From the NCBI GenBank assembly GCA_973895155.1, contig OZ316894.1:3558944-3622943 (forward strand): DNA of 64,000 nucleotides, read 5' to 3'. Position 1 is the stretch's first letter. Each line of letters opens with the position of its first letter. The translations under genes were made by a program, and so were the position numbers. Origin of the DNA: Marsupella aquatica. Lineage: Eukaryota; Plantae; Marchantiophyta. Positions 1 to 12,932 of this stretch are shown piece by piece. The notes under the pieces were generated by a model. The model was not told where the DNA came from. It saw nothing but the letters and a program-made list of their open reading frames with translations, and made no database searches.

Positions 1-555
1 TTTGTGAATTCAATTGCAAGTATTGTTCACGGTTTGGGACATTTGAAAAAAGTGCTCAATTGGATCTTAATAAGAAACTAGAATACGACACCAATAAACC
101 ACAGAATTTCTCTCATATAGATCAGTACTATTACTGCTTTTGTTCATAACTGGCTTGTAGGTCACATTTCACCTGGTCAGACTATTAATCAAAAAATCAT
201 AACCAGCACTCGATTCCTTGGAGTCTGCTCAAAATTGCATTTCCCTTGCATGAGCAACATCTCCCTTGTCTCACAACTCTCCGCCCCAAGCTCTCTTTCT
301 AATCTCAATCCTCACTGCCAACATGTTACTGATCCTCACATCTGGTCTTTGCAGAATTCTCTAATTGGCAGTAAAATATGTTTAGCTAACTTAAACAACC
401 TGTAGAACAACTTCATATAGCAGCTTCAAAAATTTCACCATATAGCAGCTTCATACATAGAGTTCACAATGAGAAGATAACAGTACTAAAGTGACTCAAA
501 ATAATCATAGGACAATACCACCTGAGGCGGTGGTCAGGTACGAGCAATCCTCAGA

Positions 556-1070
556 TTCCACCTATCTGAAAAGCATTTGCCACTTTTGGCAAAAATTGGA
601 CAGTTTTGTTTCCTTCCAACAGTTTTCCACCTAGCATTAATCTGACAATTATCTTTATGTCTAGGGCGATCTAAAAATGATTATCATTAATATTTACCTT
701 TCAAACTCCATACATTCCACCTCTCTAAAAGGTATCTGTCACTTTTGGCAAAAATTGGGTACTTTTTTGACACCAGTTTTCCACCTAGTCACATATACTA
801 GACAATTATCTTTAAATCTAGAGAAATCTAACAAGATTATCCTTGAATCTGAGCTGATCCAAAGATGAAAAATTTATTTATTGTAATTATATACGACGAG
901 AGTAGTATTATTTATATAATTACAAGAAATAGATTCTCTGATTCCACCTCTTTGAATTTTTTGGACACTTTTGACAAAAATTTGGGGGCTAAAAATTGGA
1001 TATATATTTTTTCCACCAGTTTTCCATCTAGACATAAATAGGACAACTACTGTATTCATCTAGGGAAAAA
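556..1070. repeat. Three degenerate direct repeats (~125-bp core)
   Basis: Motif TTCCACCT...CACTTTTGGCAAAAATTGG...CAGTTTTCCACCTAG...GACAATTATCTTT..CTAG recurs at ~556, ~715 and ~941. Confidence 0.8.
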
Positions 1071-1274
1071 TGATGCTCCCATGGATCACATTCCCCAAAA
1101 TTTGATTTTAATTGTAATAACTTGATGTTAGTAATTTCAAATATTATTTTAGTTTTGAATATATGCTAGAAGAGCAGATAAGCTACACTTCCATCAAAGT
1201 GAGATTGAATTTTTGGTCATTTATGTTGAGTTATTCATCAAGGAATGTGGAATGGTAAATACTATAAGATTAAT

Positions 1275-1505
1275 TTTCATTGCATTAATATGAAATATTT
1301 GGCCTTGTGTTTTTTAAAGGTCTCTTGTCTATCTAGTGCCTTGCAGGCACAATTTATTTTTTAAGATCAAATTATGAGTCCAAAAATTTAAGTTTCATTG
1401 CATTAATATGAAATACTTGGCCTTGTGTTTTTTAAAGGTCTCTTGTTTCTCTAGTTGCCTCGCAGGTGCAATTTATCTTTTAAGGATCAAAATATAAGTC
1501 CAAAA
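1275..1505. repeat. Tandem duplication, ~118-bp unit x2
   Basis: TTTCATTGCATTAATATGAAATA...GGCCTTGTGTTTTTTAAAGGTCTCTTGT...AGTCCAAAA occurs twice back to back. Confidence 0.9.
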
Positions 1506-2589
1506 CTCCCATAAACCATCAAAATATCATTCACGTGAATATTGTGTGCAACACAGTGTTCTATCGAAGCTTCACTAAATCTAATGACAATCTAGGGGAA
1601 GACAATCTAAGAAATAGCAGCTTCATTATGATGAACTTGTAGCTTACCTACTTCTCTCAATTTTCCAAAATGTGATCAATGGGAGTTCCAAATACCAGCC
1701 TTGTCCATGGGGTTTCAGATTAGAAATCCTTAAATTTACAGTATAATAATCAGATTGGGAATGTCAAAGTTCTTTCCTAATACTTTGGTTAAGGTTTTAT
1801 TTAATGTTTTATTTTTTTGATGTACTATTTTTATGCAGTACTTATTTTGGTAGCTCATAATTCTTCTATCCAGTCTAAAAATGAATTTTATGTCGCGAGC
1901 AGTAAGTCAGGTACTTTGACACGCCCTCTTAGTCATCTTTTACACAAGGTGACGTTCCTGCCGCTAAAGCAACAGAAATCCTTAAAGATTACGCTGTCCA
2001 TTTTGCCGAAAACGCTACCTTGACGGAGACGGCGAGACCCTCATGAACGGCAGGGAAGAAGTCTTCGCCGTCCCCACGTGCTGGACGCTTGTCTCGAATG
2101 GACCTGTCATAGTTGACATTTGACTTCATACACCGGGCAGTCGGGCAGCGGGTAATTTATTCTTACTTCGCCGCGTCAAAATTATTGTACGCACTTTCAG
2201 AGTTTGGTGTACTGCTGAATACGGAGTGCCCGCATTCTGAGCCCTGACGCGGGAGTTCTGTGAGGGAACATTATTATTATTATAGCACGGTTGGTGCCAA
2301 AATTTGAACGTGGCACAAAAATTATATTTCAGTCAAGCTGTCCATAAACTTCCTTTCGGTAGAGATGACAAGGGGTAAATAATTACAAGGGTAACTGTAT
2401 CCTAAGGCAAGGGGAGAGTGTCAATTACACACCCTAAAGTTAAAATAAGTGAGCCAAATGTGTCAGTCGAGAAAATTAATGCAAGGTCACTTTGGTCCAT
2501 TCAGCCATCCTTATAGACAATAGAGGAGATCTAATAATAAAGGCGAAGTAAGTTTGACATAAAGGCATGCACACATCAGCAAATGAGGG

Positions 2590-2750
2590 ATCCTGAGTGG
2601 GGTCCATTGGCAAATGACCAGGATAGGTATGGTTTTATATCATTGTGCCCGGAGTGACCAGTGGGCTATTTTCACATTTGAATGCTTAGTATTGCATCTC
2701 CCCCATAGAAAACCAAAAAATATTGTTGTTAAGCTCTTGTAAAGCCCCCC
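2590..2750 (-). mobile_element. Truncated end of the Harbinger-like family seen at 45310 and 59610
   Basis: Ends in CTTGTAAAGCCCCCC, the family TIR. The preceding ~150 bp resemble the end of the 45310-45977 copy. The other end was not found. Confidence 0.55.
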
Positions 2751-3994
2751 TCATACATCTTTACGGACCCCACTAGAGGTCCCTTCCAAAATTCTTGGCA
2801 CCACAGCATGCCACGTCATCAACAACCGCAACAAACAAGACTCTTCGGTTTTGTGAATCAAACTTATAGTTTTCATTCGTGTTTGTGTTAATTTGGGTGT
2901 AAATTTTGGGACGCCGTGCCGTAAAAAGAAATGTAAAAACATTAGAAATACAAAGAACAAGACGGTTAAAACTGTCACTATGTAACCATTTTAGTTACAT
3001 TTCCAATTTTAAAACTTAAATTCAAAGATTTATAAAAAATATTTTTCATATAATAAATAATGACTAATAATTAACTTGATAACTTCCTTGTTAAACCGCA
3101 ACTCTCGGTATGTAAGGACCTCTCGTATTGTACGGCCATTAATGCTGGGAAGAGCACATAGAAACCCAGGATCGGGGAGGAGGAATGGCTGGAATCCTGA
3201 AAGTTCATCGAATTTTATACTCAAAATTATTTACTTATTCTCAAAACAAAAAATACCCAGATCTACTTTCTTTTGCACCCTAGATCGCCTTCTAACATGG
3301 ATGAATAAGATTTCTAGAGACATTACAAAATGGACGGCAAAGATCGTAAAATCAACAAAATTGACGGTTAGGAAGGCTTGGATTTGTTTAATTTTTCATT
3401 TGAAAAATATTAACCCATTTACAAAACGGACAGAATCCATCCATAGATCTATTTGAGATCTTTCTTTTGAGCCATAGATTGGCCATTATGATGGACGGAC
3501 GAGATTTCTGAAGATAAGAAATGGAAACGACTCAGATCAACTCTTCCCCCTGATTTTATTAGCCAAGGGGTCCACGAACTAATTGTGAGATCATTTAGGT
3601 TATAATTAAATAAATGTGTTTTATCATCTACAGTACCTGAATGCATGATGCGTAGACAGTTCAACTGAAACAATGGGTGAATGCATAGAAGGTTCCAGAA
3701 GCGACAATCCATCACAGAAAAAGCCTCCGGGAGTTTCTGACCCGATCATTAAGTGCCACAATCTGACGTCCCATATAGTAGACCGCAGGAGGAAGGTTTA
3801 CGATTTATTAATTGTGCTACATTCGTCCTTGAGTGTGATTTTTAAAGAATGATGCAGATTAAATTGTGCATTCCCCCATCTCCCATATGACAGCCACATA
3901 CTCACCTCTGACTTGCACTAGACTGGTCTTTATGATTTCCCAGATTCAATCAAAGAGCTCAGTGAACTGTAAGCTGTCACGCTTAACGGTGATT

Positions 3995-4270
3995 TTTGTT
4001 GACTGGTAGTAGCTTTTCAAATGCTTCCATAAGCTACTCTCTCTAAGTGCACAGTCCTGGGACGAAGCATTTGGTGTGCACTAAAGGGGGGCTTGGGTTT
4101 AGGGTTTAGGGTGTGCACTCTTTTTGACAACTGCATAATTCTGTGGGTTTGCAGTCATCACATCTAGCCCAAGCTCCCCTTTAGTGCACACCAAATGCTT
4201 CTTCCCGGGATTGTGCACTTAGAGAGAATAGCTTATGGAAGCATTTGAAAAGCTACTACCAGTCAACAAA
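3995..4270. repeat. Long near-perfect inverted repeat (foldback), ~104-bp arms
   Basis: 3995-4098 is the reverse complement of 4167-4270 with about 5 mismatches by eye. The ~68-bp loop contains TTTAGGGTTTAGGG. Confidence 0.9.
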
Positions 4271-5011
4271 TCTTTATCAATGAGTATTCTTGTGACTCGC
4301 CAACTAACTGCACATCATCCTCTGCCCTAACTTTAGTGTCATACTTTATAAGTGCATTTTGTACTCTTCTTAAAAAGACATGCACTTGGGAGTAAATGCA
4401 ATTTGATGGGATTGTGTTCTTATCAATAAACAATATATATGCTTACTTATCAAGGATTTGCACTTATAAAGTTTTGATTTAGCAAAAATAAAATACTTGC
4501 AGTTACGAACGGTGCAAAAAAACACAAACTCAATGTAAAAAATGAGGAACAGGATCCCTTGTAGGGTTTTCACTTAGAGAGAGCTGACTTTGTAGCATTA
4601 ATTACGTGATCAAAACTGACCAAGGAAATGATGCACCACCCATCATCACGTACTTAAAATGATAGAACTGAGCGAGATCATGTACTGTGTATAACCTATA
4701 TTTTGTAGCATTTGATGGGTCTCTTATGGGAAAATAAACCCAGGTGAAAAGAAGACCAAGTGTGGGAAGTCTCCCCTTACTGAAAACGAACATTGGACGC
4801 TCATCCAAACAGAAAGTGTGAATAGGTGACCAGAACTATCTCCAATTTGGTCGATTATGACTGTTTTCAGTCACATAAGTCAATTGAACAAGAATAATAG
4901 AAGATTTTATTTTGCTAATCCCCAACCTTGCATCCCAAGGTGAGGCAGATTGTTGGATCAAAATTGTACTAAGGACTTGCCAAAGGTGGATTCCAGGGCA
5001 AGATTGTCTCA

Positions 5012-5587
5012 TCAGAATTCAAGAATGGCAAGATTGATGCGGGCTTTTCCAAGCGGCTCAAATTTACGTTTGTGCTCATCATACTCATACAACTTTGCTC
5101 GAGTTTTCATTTCAACTAAGCTGTTTGGCGGAAGGTGGTCTTGGGAAAAAGCAAGCTGGAAGCGCAAGAGGAGATCTCCTGAGCGAATGTTGGGAACCAC
5201 ATCCGATGTTGTGCGTACTGTGACAAAGTTGGGATGCAAATCATTGGGACGACGAATTATGAAGTCAAACATTCTTGTGAGCTTTTCACAATGGGAGCTT
5301 GGATTGCGAGTGATCAGCACTCTCAAGCGATTCGAGTGACTCAAGGGATCATAATGTTCTATTTGCGGTATGCGAATGTTATGATTACTCAGTGGTGATA
5401 GTGGACTTCTAGTTTCCTCCTCCTCCTCCTCCTCTGCCTCCATTTCCTTTGTGTCTTGATCTTGTCTTAGAAGTTTCTCTAACCATGACAGAGACGTCTC
5501 CTTTCTGGATCGAGTGTATCCTTTTTCAAAGGGATTGCTCACAAACCATGGTGCCCGCCCTTCCCCACTGCCAAGATTCTTGATCAT
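5012..5587 (-). CDS. Orphan intronless ORF (~191 aa from ATG 5587), poly-Glu tract, possible C2-like C-terminus
   Basis: Open frame of 212 codons with protein-like composition. The C-terminal LYEYD...LGKARINL loosely resembles a C2-type strand motif (weak inference). Confidence 0.35.
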   Translation of the reverse strand: MIKNLGSGEGRAPWFVSNPFEKGYTRSRKETSLSWLEKLLRQDQDTKEMEAEEEEEEETRSPLSPLSNHNIRIPQIEHYDPLSHSNRLRVLITRNPSSHCEKLTRMFDFIIRRPNDLHPNFVTVRTTSDVVPNIRSGDLLLRFQLAFSQDHLPPNSLVEMKTRAKLYEYDEHKRKFEPLGKARINLAILEF

Positions 5588-8517
5588 TCTGCCACCTTTG
5601 CTTATAATTACTTCATGGTTTTGTGAAAGACTCAGAGAAGTTGGGCTCAATTAGGGTTCCATGTCTTGTGGAGTACATCACTCCAATTCATATGGTTGTA
5701 AGTTGCAAAATCCTTTCCATGGACACACCACTTCAGACAGCAATTTCATGAGACATGAGTTGGCCTTCTCATTCTGTCTCATTGGAAACCCTGAGAGGCC
5801 TCCATCCTTTCAAACATGACCTACAATATAAGTGTTTAATTAGTGGATCAATTCATCAAGCAGACTGTTCTCCTTGATAATCAGTTGAATCCCATCTTCA
5901 TGGAAAGAATGCTAACTCCGATCCTTCATCGGAATCCTACATATGAATGACATTAGTCAGATTGAAGCATAAAGCTTTGCAAGGTAATGTCTCAATCATG
6001 AGGAAGTTGCTAAATTGTAAATGTCATGCCAATAAGAAGACGAGTAATCGGCGTGGGATTCTTCAGTTATGTTCATTTTATAAATATCGTACAATCGGCG
6101 GGAGATCAATCAAATCCTTTGACAAGAGATCTTGGGAAAATCTGACTGCCTTCTACCTGCCTTGGTTATAGTGTTAGGAGGGGAAAAGCTGAAGAATCTA
6201 GCTGGATACATATTTGCTTACTCTTCCAAAGACCTGCTTCATATGACAACAAACAAACCCATAATTTGGGACAAAGAAGGGAAACACCTTCAACTTTTAT
6301 AAGTCAGATGACATGAGTTGAAATGGACAGGGGTCAGATCAGTTCGGTAATCTCCCCTGTCCATTAGTTTACAGATTAGTTCTTAATTATATTGATTTAG
6401 TAGGAAGTCAACGTTAGAAACTTGGTACAGTGCCTTTGCAAATGAATTCATGACTTAGATTTGTAGAGACGTACCCGGGGACGTACCCTTTCATTTGTTA
6501 CTCATTATAGAGTCATTCTGGGTGAATCTTGATGTATTATATTTTGAATATTAGAGAATTTGGCCAATTCAAAGTCTATCAAATGGAGTTGTAAGTTTTG
6601 ATGGGATCTTTGGAGACTTGCTAGGATGGCATGAAATTCAGTGAAATGGCTCATATTCTCACAAAAAGATCATGTCAGGATCCCATCTGAGTGTAAAGGT
6701 TTGGATGGAGATCCATCCCAGCTTATGACACCTATATGTGTGCCTCAGGTTTGTTGTCGTAGTTATGCCCCTATTTGCACTATAAATAATAACTGGTATA
6801 ATTTTTAATCATTCTGCCATTAAAGAAATTCAATTTGGTAGTGTGTCATAATGTTTTTTGTAATTATAAATATGCCACAGTTTTGTATAAAGAGGAAAAA
6901 TTCAACAAAGTAACCAAGTGAAGAATATACAAAAACTATGACATATTTGTAATATAATAACAATGATAATATTGTAAATTAGAATATCTTAAATGACAAT
7001 GTAATTAAAAGCTAATAACTGGTATTGTAATTAAATGAAAGCTAGAAGAATCTTTAAGACTCAATTTTGTCGTTCTTACAACTTTTTTTTCCATTTGATT
7101 CAGTTTACCCAAATCAACAATGCTTCCATACAATGAATATCTTCTCACTCAATTGTAAAACATAGTAACTCTCATGAAAAATAGTACCCCTTCAATTAAT
7201 GTCAATGTGGTGCTTATAAAGCCCATGAGGATATGACTGCAAGAAATATGTCCTTAATCACGACTTCTCAATGTCAGTATATTGTGTCAGAATCTGATAT
7301 TTTCATTAATTGACCTTGTTGGACAATTCATGCCTCGTGCCAAGGATTTCAAGTACTTACCATCATGAAACAAAATTAGTGTAAGCAATTTGAGTTGCAT
7401 CTCCATACAAACAATTCCAAATACTAGCCTGATTACCCCTTCCTTGAACTTAACAGAGATGAGGAGGAAAAACACCTTGCGCAAAAAGACTCTATGCTAT
7501 TTACTTTTCATCTTTGCTCCATCCTTGTATTTTGTGTGCACCCTGGCTCTTTGGGTACACTCTCACTTTTAGTTACGCCCTCAATTAGAGTTAACGTCTA
7601 GAGGTTTCATTCTAGAAAGTAAGCCTAAGTGGAAAGTTTGGGCAAGGAATACTTTTTGATTGCGCTGAATTAGCTACATTGGTTATTCTGTAAAAATTAG
7701 TGATGGTTTTGATACATCCAAACAAACTTATAGCTCTCACAAATAGCCTAGAGTAGGTTTCTGAAAATCATTTGAAAGTTGAGGAATTAGTTTTGTGGGA
7801 CCCGCAGAAACAAACACTAGCTTGATTAGACAAACCTATGTGTTACTTTCTTGGTGGACCGGGAAGTTCATGTGCAAACAAAAACCAGCTTGCTGAGACA
7901 AACTTATATGCTACTTTCTTAATGGGGTGGCCGAGTTAGTGTGTGGTGCCGGCAGTGAAACAAATTTATGTGCTACTTTTTTGGTGGGTTGCAAAGTGCT
8001 TGCTGTGCAGGTGCTTACAACCAGAGGGAAGTGAGTTAGGAGAGGGAGAGGCTGGAACTACCTAGCAAAGCCCTCTCCGGTCACTCCTTACAAAATTCGA
8101 GTTTGGGCTTTGAGTCCTGCCCAACCATAATAATATCTTGCCGAGTTTTTCTCTACTGGGTCTTCTCATTTTTTTTTCCGCAGGAGCGTTTTGGGAGCGT
8201 TTTGGGAGAGTACGCAGTATGCTGCCACCCTGCACCGCACAAGAACCTCATAAGAACGTTGCGGCAGCTTGGGACACACGAAGAAAATATTGAAAGTAAT
8301 AAGTCACACTCTACTGTAGTTTGGCTGGACCCACCAAAAAGTAAGCTTCTCTGTAAAACTCCAAAATATCTGCACAAAGGAAAGCTAGTAACACGGGACC
8401 CACCAAGGCAAAATTTCCCGCTGCACAAACAATGATTGGAGTTTTGTGCAGGGCAAAGTTTCCTTTGTCACCTGCTGGGAAATTCCGGTTGGGTCCAGAA
8501 GTCGCAGCATAGGCAAT

Positions 8518-8670
8518 GGGATTCCGAGCATACGCACAAAAGACATATATCAATTTGCTCGAGTCTCTTAGTGAAATGCAAGTACATGGAGGGATTCCGA
8601 GAATACGCACACAAGACACAGATGTATCCAATTTGCTCAAGTCCGTCTTAGTGAATGCAAGTATATGGAC
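8518..8670. repeat. Tandem duplication, ~73-bp unit x2
   Basis: GGGATTCCGAG.ATACGCAC.AAGACA...AATTTGCTC.AGTC..TTAGTGAA.TGCAAGTA.ATGGA occurs twice. Confidence 0.85.
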
Positions 8671-8859
8671 TTTTATGCATGCACTGGCGGAGTCCATTTG
8701 TTGAGTCTAGTGCAGGACTTCACTTGATTCAATTGCACTTCCTCAGTCCCCTTTCGGATACGCTCATGGAAGAGCTACAGTAAGTAGGCACCCAGAAAGA
8801 AGCTTGATGAGAACGTCCTACGCTTGTGGTAAAAATTATATGAAGACTGTCAGTGTTCA

Positions 8860-10261
8860 TGACATATGAATAGTCCTATGATCTGAAGTCATCACTAACA
8901 TATCGTTGAATCTAAACTCATCCTAATCCCAAACCATCTGCAAAGAATTCCACCTTGCTTTCAAAGCATCCCATCGGAACTTGCTCGATGCACAATTTTC
9001 AATTGGTCCACCAGATAATGAAATCAGACAGGATGCCAAACAAAGCGGAGTACTATCCATTGAAGTTCTTGACTTCCCACGTACCTTCAAACTCAATACT
9101 CACCTCAATTCCTGATGTCCCTGACGCATATGCTCCAACCACTGTTGAAGTGGGACATTGACGATGTAACTTGATTTCCCATGAACATTATAGTAAGCAT
9201 ACTCACTCCTACACTACCTAGATATTCGTGTCAATTTGGCATATGCATCCAACACTACAGGATTACATTGCAGAGAAACTATTCAGGAACATCGTCTGTT
9301 GAAGATTGAGTGTGCAACAGTCAGTTCCGAGTGAAAATGAGAGCCGTTCGAGACAGTGAAGCGAAAGCAAAAGTCTCCATCTGGATCATGAGCGTAGCTC
9401 TAGACTTGCAATTACCTAAGGAGCCAGATGCAACAGGTCACTCGTCTACGATTATTCTAACCCGCTGGACAATCTAGCACTTGGTTATGAGAAGAGATCT
9501 TGCCGTCATGTGTCTCCTGAGCCTACTGTAGTTCAAATGGAGTTGGCCATTTCGACATGAATATATAACAGTGGACGACCACATGCACAGGACCTCAATT
9601 GGAAAACATTCCTCCGTGGTCAACAGAAACAGTGGAAGGGAGATCCAAAAAGTTCACCATAGGTGAAACTCTCAACCATGAGTATAGGTTGGTCAATTTT
9701 GTAAGAATTGGAATGTCACACAAAGTACTCGAACACTACTCACATTTTTTGGCATGTTTGTCGATATGGCTACATTCATAGATTGAAAAATTCAAACGAG
9801 TAGAACGGCGGCACGGCTGGTCGGAGGAAGCCGTAAGCACAAGTCTCCATTACCCACAAGAGAAGAAACTGGAGTGTTAAGGTCCTGGCTTTGACAGACT
9901 GACTAAAAGAATCCTCCTGAGTAGACGGAGGAGGAAGACGACTATTGTACCGAATCTGAACTAGCCCGTTGCGTGCAAATTGCTAATCCAAAAATTTGCT
10001 GTTGCAAGGTCTTACGATGTTGTGAGCAGACTGCCCAATCGTCTTCCGTCCTCAACGCATGGCTCCCGGGCGCCCGATGTATGAAGGATACCGCCCCCTT
10101 CTGGTATTCGCTCGTCTCTTCTTGATGATGAATAATAGTCCAGCTATCGCGACTCCAAAAATCACTGCGATCGCAATGACTGCCTTTGCCCCACCCCACC
10201 TCCACTCTTGTTCCAATAGATTTACGTTCTTACGTTCTTTCGTTCGTTCGCAAGGGTCCAA
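8860..10261 (-). pseudogene. Possible decayed ORF with an N-terminal transmembrane anchor
   Basis: TM helix AVIAIAVIFGVAIAGLLFII followed by KKRR (~10130-10190). Long, stop-interrupted protein-like frames continue downstream. No family recognised. Confidence 0.25.
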
Positions 10262-10271
10262 TTTTTATTAT

Positions 10272-10684
10272 AACCAAATGGCTTAGGTCAATTGGCTAGC
10301 CTCGAAGTGACATGTCCCAAGTTCAATCCCCCTCCACCACACTGTGGTGTGAAGGGTATATGTGTATGTGGGTGGAATGGGTTTTGTGGGTAGTAGATTG
10401 GAGTTCTGATTATCTGGTTGTCCACTTTGTGGGTGTGAAGAGTATATGTGTGTGGGTCGGATGGGTTTTGTGGGTAGTGGATTGAAATTCTGATTATCTG
10501 CTCGGTCCCTGGTTGCCCACTTTGTGGCTTTGTGGCCCTCATGTAATTCTCTCTCCTTCCTGGTGCGGGTCCCTGCCAGATCCGTTGGGGCTCACCTTGT
10601 CTGGGTTCCCTACAGAAAAACTGTCACATTGGGGTGGGGGGAGTCTAATTGTATTTCGTCCCCATTTCCGTTCAAGAAATTTTA
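10272..10684 (+). mobile_element. Putative tRNA-derived SINE
   Basis: A-box-like TGGCTTAGGTCAATTGG (10279-10295) and B-box GTTCAATCC (10321-10329). Body has an internal ~85-bp tandem duplication and an A-rich end. AT-rich flanks could be a decayed TSD. Confidence 0.6.
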
Positions 10685-12487
10685 TGTATTTATGATAAAA
10701 GCGCGAACGAAGCCTCTAGATAATCCAGTGCAGACAAAAGTGATATGAATCACAATAAAAAGAATTTTAAATGAGGATGAACAAAAAATAACATTGAGTA
10801 CAAATAAATACAAAATCTACATGGGGGTGGACAAAAAACAAAGACAAAGATTAACTAAAATATAGAGCTGCATAAAAATATTACTGTGCAAGTTTGTTTT
10901 TTTATATCAATGAGGGCTAGTAGCCACAACAATGCTCCAGACAGCACCGTAGTAAGGCACTGAATGTAGCACCGAACCCAAAAGGCCTTATTGAGCATCT
11001 CAAGTTTGGTGACTAAGAAAAATAGCTACAGCCCTTTGAATACTAGGTTTGAGCCAATCCATGTAAAGATGTGTTGGGATTAGTTTAATGTGAAGATTTG
11101 TGATTGAGTACCAAACAAGGTATCAAATATGATAAATAATACAAATCTCTAAAAATTACAACAAAAACTGATGTCGTAAACTTTGAGCCTAGTGTCTTGT
11201 CTTGCTAGTCTCCAGGCAAAATGGACAAGAGCATTGCCTAATTTGTCAGTAGGGTAGGTGTTACATTGTGAAAGGATGACAGGTTGTTTTCCATGCAAGT
11301 TTTACAAACAAAAAAAAACCATTCAAACACTTGCTTGACCTGGCATGACTGGTGACTCTAATCCTGCTTTAGGGTTTTAAACCCTAAACCCTTTGCCAAA
11401 CATGACAAACCCCCGGCATGAGAGGAAAGATTTTGCAAAGTGTTTCAAAAGAAGCACCAACACGGTCAAAAGTAATGAGTTTAGAATAGCCAGGTCTATT
11501 GTCTTAAAAATGTCCCGCATTGTCAAAGGATAAATGCAATGCAATGTTCCATTTTGATGACGTCCTTCGTCCGGATGGGGTTTCCCTTCCTTTAACACAA
11601 AGGTATTTGCATGTGTTGTCACTAATGTCCAGGTGATTCTCAAGCTAACAAAGATTAACATAAGGGGGAAGTCCCATCTTCTTCAACAAAGTGTTATTAA
11701 TCTCATGCAAATTGACACAAGACTCCCCCAAGGCTATCGGTTACAATATCCATGTGGTTACAAGAAAAATTATTAAATTTCACTGAAAGTCTTGTTTATT
11801 TGGGGACACCTCAAGGCCTCAACTGGCTCCTTTCATTTCATTTTTCATTATAATTCCTACCAAGTCCTCCTATCATACAATAGGATCTGAGCTGGAGACC
11901 GGTTGGAGTAGTATCTGGTGCATTGACAAATGAGATATGCGATAAGGCCTAATGAAAGAAAGGGCGCCATAGTAGGTAGCCAACATGGTCTTTGTTCTTA
12001 TTTTAAAAGATTCTTCATCATTGTTGCATACTCCATTTTGCCTGCATCGCCCACTTTGTACTGGGACCATGATCAATATCTTTATTGGGATAAGGCTTGG
12101 AAACCACCTGAGCGGGGCCTAGTGGTCAGCTCACGTGACCAGAGGTCTTAAGTTTGTTCCCTTCTGCTCAAGATCCTAATATGGGGATTAAGCTAAAAAC
12201 CACTTTGGACAGGTCAAATCTGTTGTGCCCAATAGGCACTTGTGGTAGTTGTAAAAATTATGTTATTTATTTGGTAAAACATCAAGCAGGGGTTTTCAGA
12301 AAACGAAGCCCGGATGGACCTGCAAGTGTTACAAGTGCAGGTGGATACGGTCAACCAGGATGGACCTTGACAAAACAGTTTTTTTGACTCAGATAACAGG
12401 TTTTACAGTTTTGTGTGAAATATGACATGTAACTAGGTTGATACCAGTCATCCGTCAGTTGTGGCACAAGCCGTCCCTTCCAGTTAA

Positions 12488-12652
12488 ACCACAACTGCCC
12501 TTCAAAAGCTATGGGTTATCTGTAGTTACCATTTGAAAGGAGTTTTTTCCTCAAATTGTGGAGTAAACTGGCATGCTAGAGGAGAACAATCTTTGAGATG
12601 TGAAAAAAGGGGAGGTCTTAGACACTTCCCTTTATATAGGGCAAGTTGCGGT
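12488..12652. mobile_element. 165-bp MITE, copy 1, TTAA-flanked; right TIR split by a solo LTR
   Basis: TIR ACCACAACTGCCCT...AGGGCAAGTTGCGGT. Left TTAA at 12484-12487; right TTAA is recovered at 19415-19418 once the LTR insertions are removed. Homologous to 46709-46873. Confidence 0.8.
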
Positions 12653-12932
12653 TTGTTAAGGATTGCTCTTAGTCTTGTGACTCAAAGGTTACGATAATTA
12701 AGTTAACCTCAGTTAGGGACTTAGCTGAGGTTAGGTTATTTGTGTACGACCTTGCATATACCAGGGCTAGTGTAAGCCAATGGTATGTGGTGCTTGCTCA
12801 TTGTAACGAAACAACTTGAGAAAGAGAGAGCTTGTGTGTTCGACTACTCTGAAGTAAAGTTGAAGTGTTTGTGTGGACGTAGCATTGGAGAAGAGGTGAA
12901 CCATGTATGGATTGTGTCGAGTATATGAGCAT

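Noticed and set aside
460-560. Structured RNA or transposon end (ACCACCTGAGGCGGTGGT hairpin)
   Set aside because: No matching opposite end and no recognisable RNA family.
5945-6350. Pseudogene inferred because the stops look like C-to-T changes
   Set aside because: Every stop codon begins with T, so this is trivially true. Stop density is near random and no motif was recognised.
10272-10345. Functional tRNA gene
   Set aside because: A and B boxes are present but no acceptor or anticodon stems; better explained as a SINE head.
12105-12175. Second SINE/tRNA-like head (GGCCTAGTGG)
   Set aside because: B box too degenerate and no tail or TSD seen.
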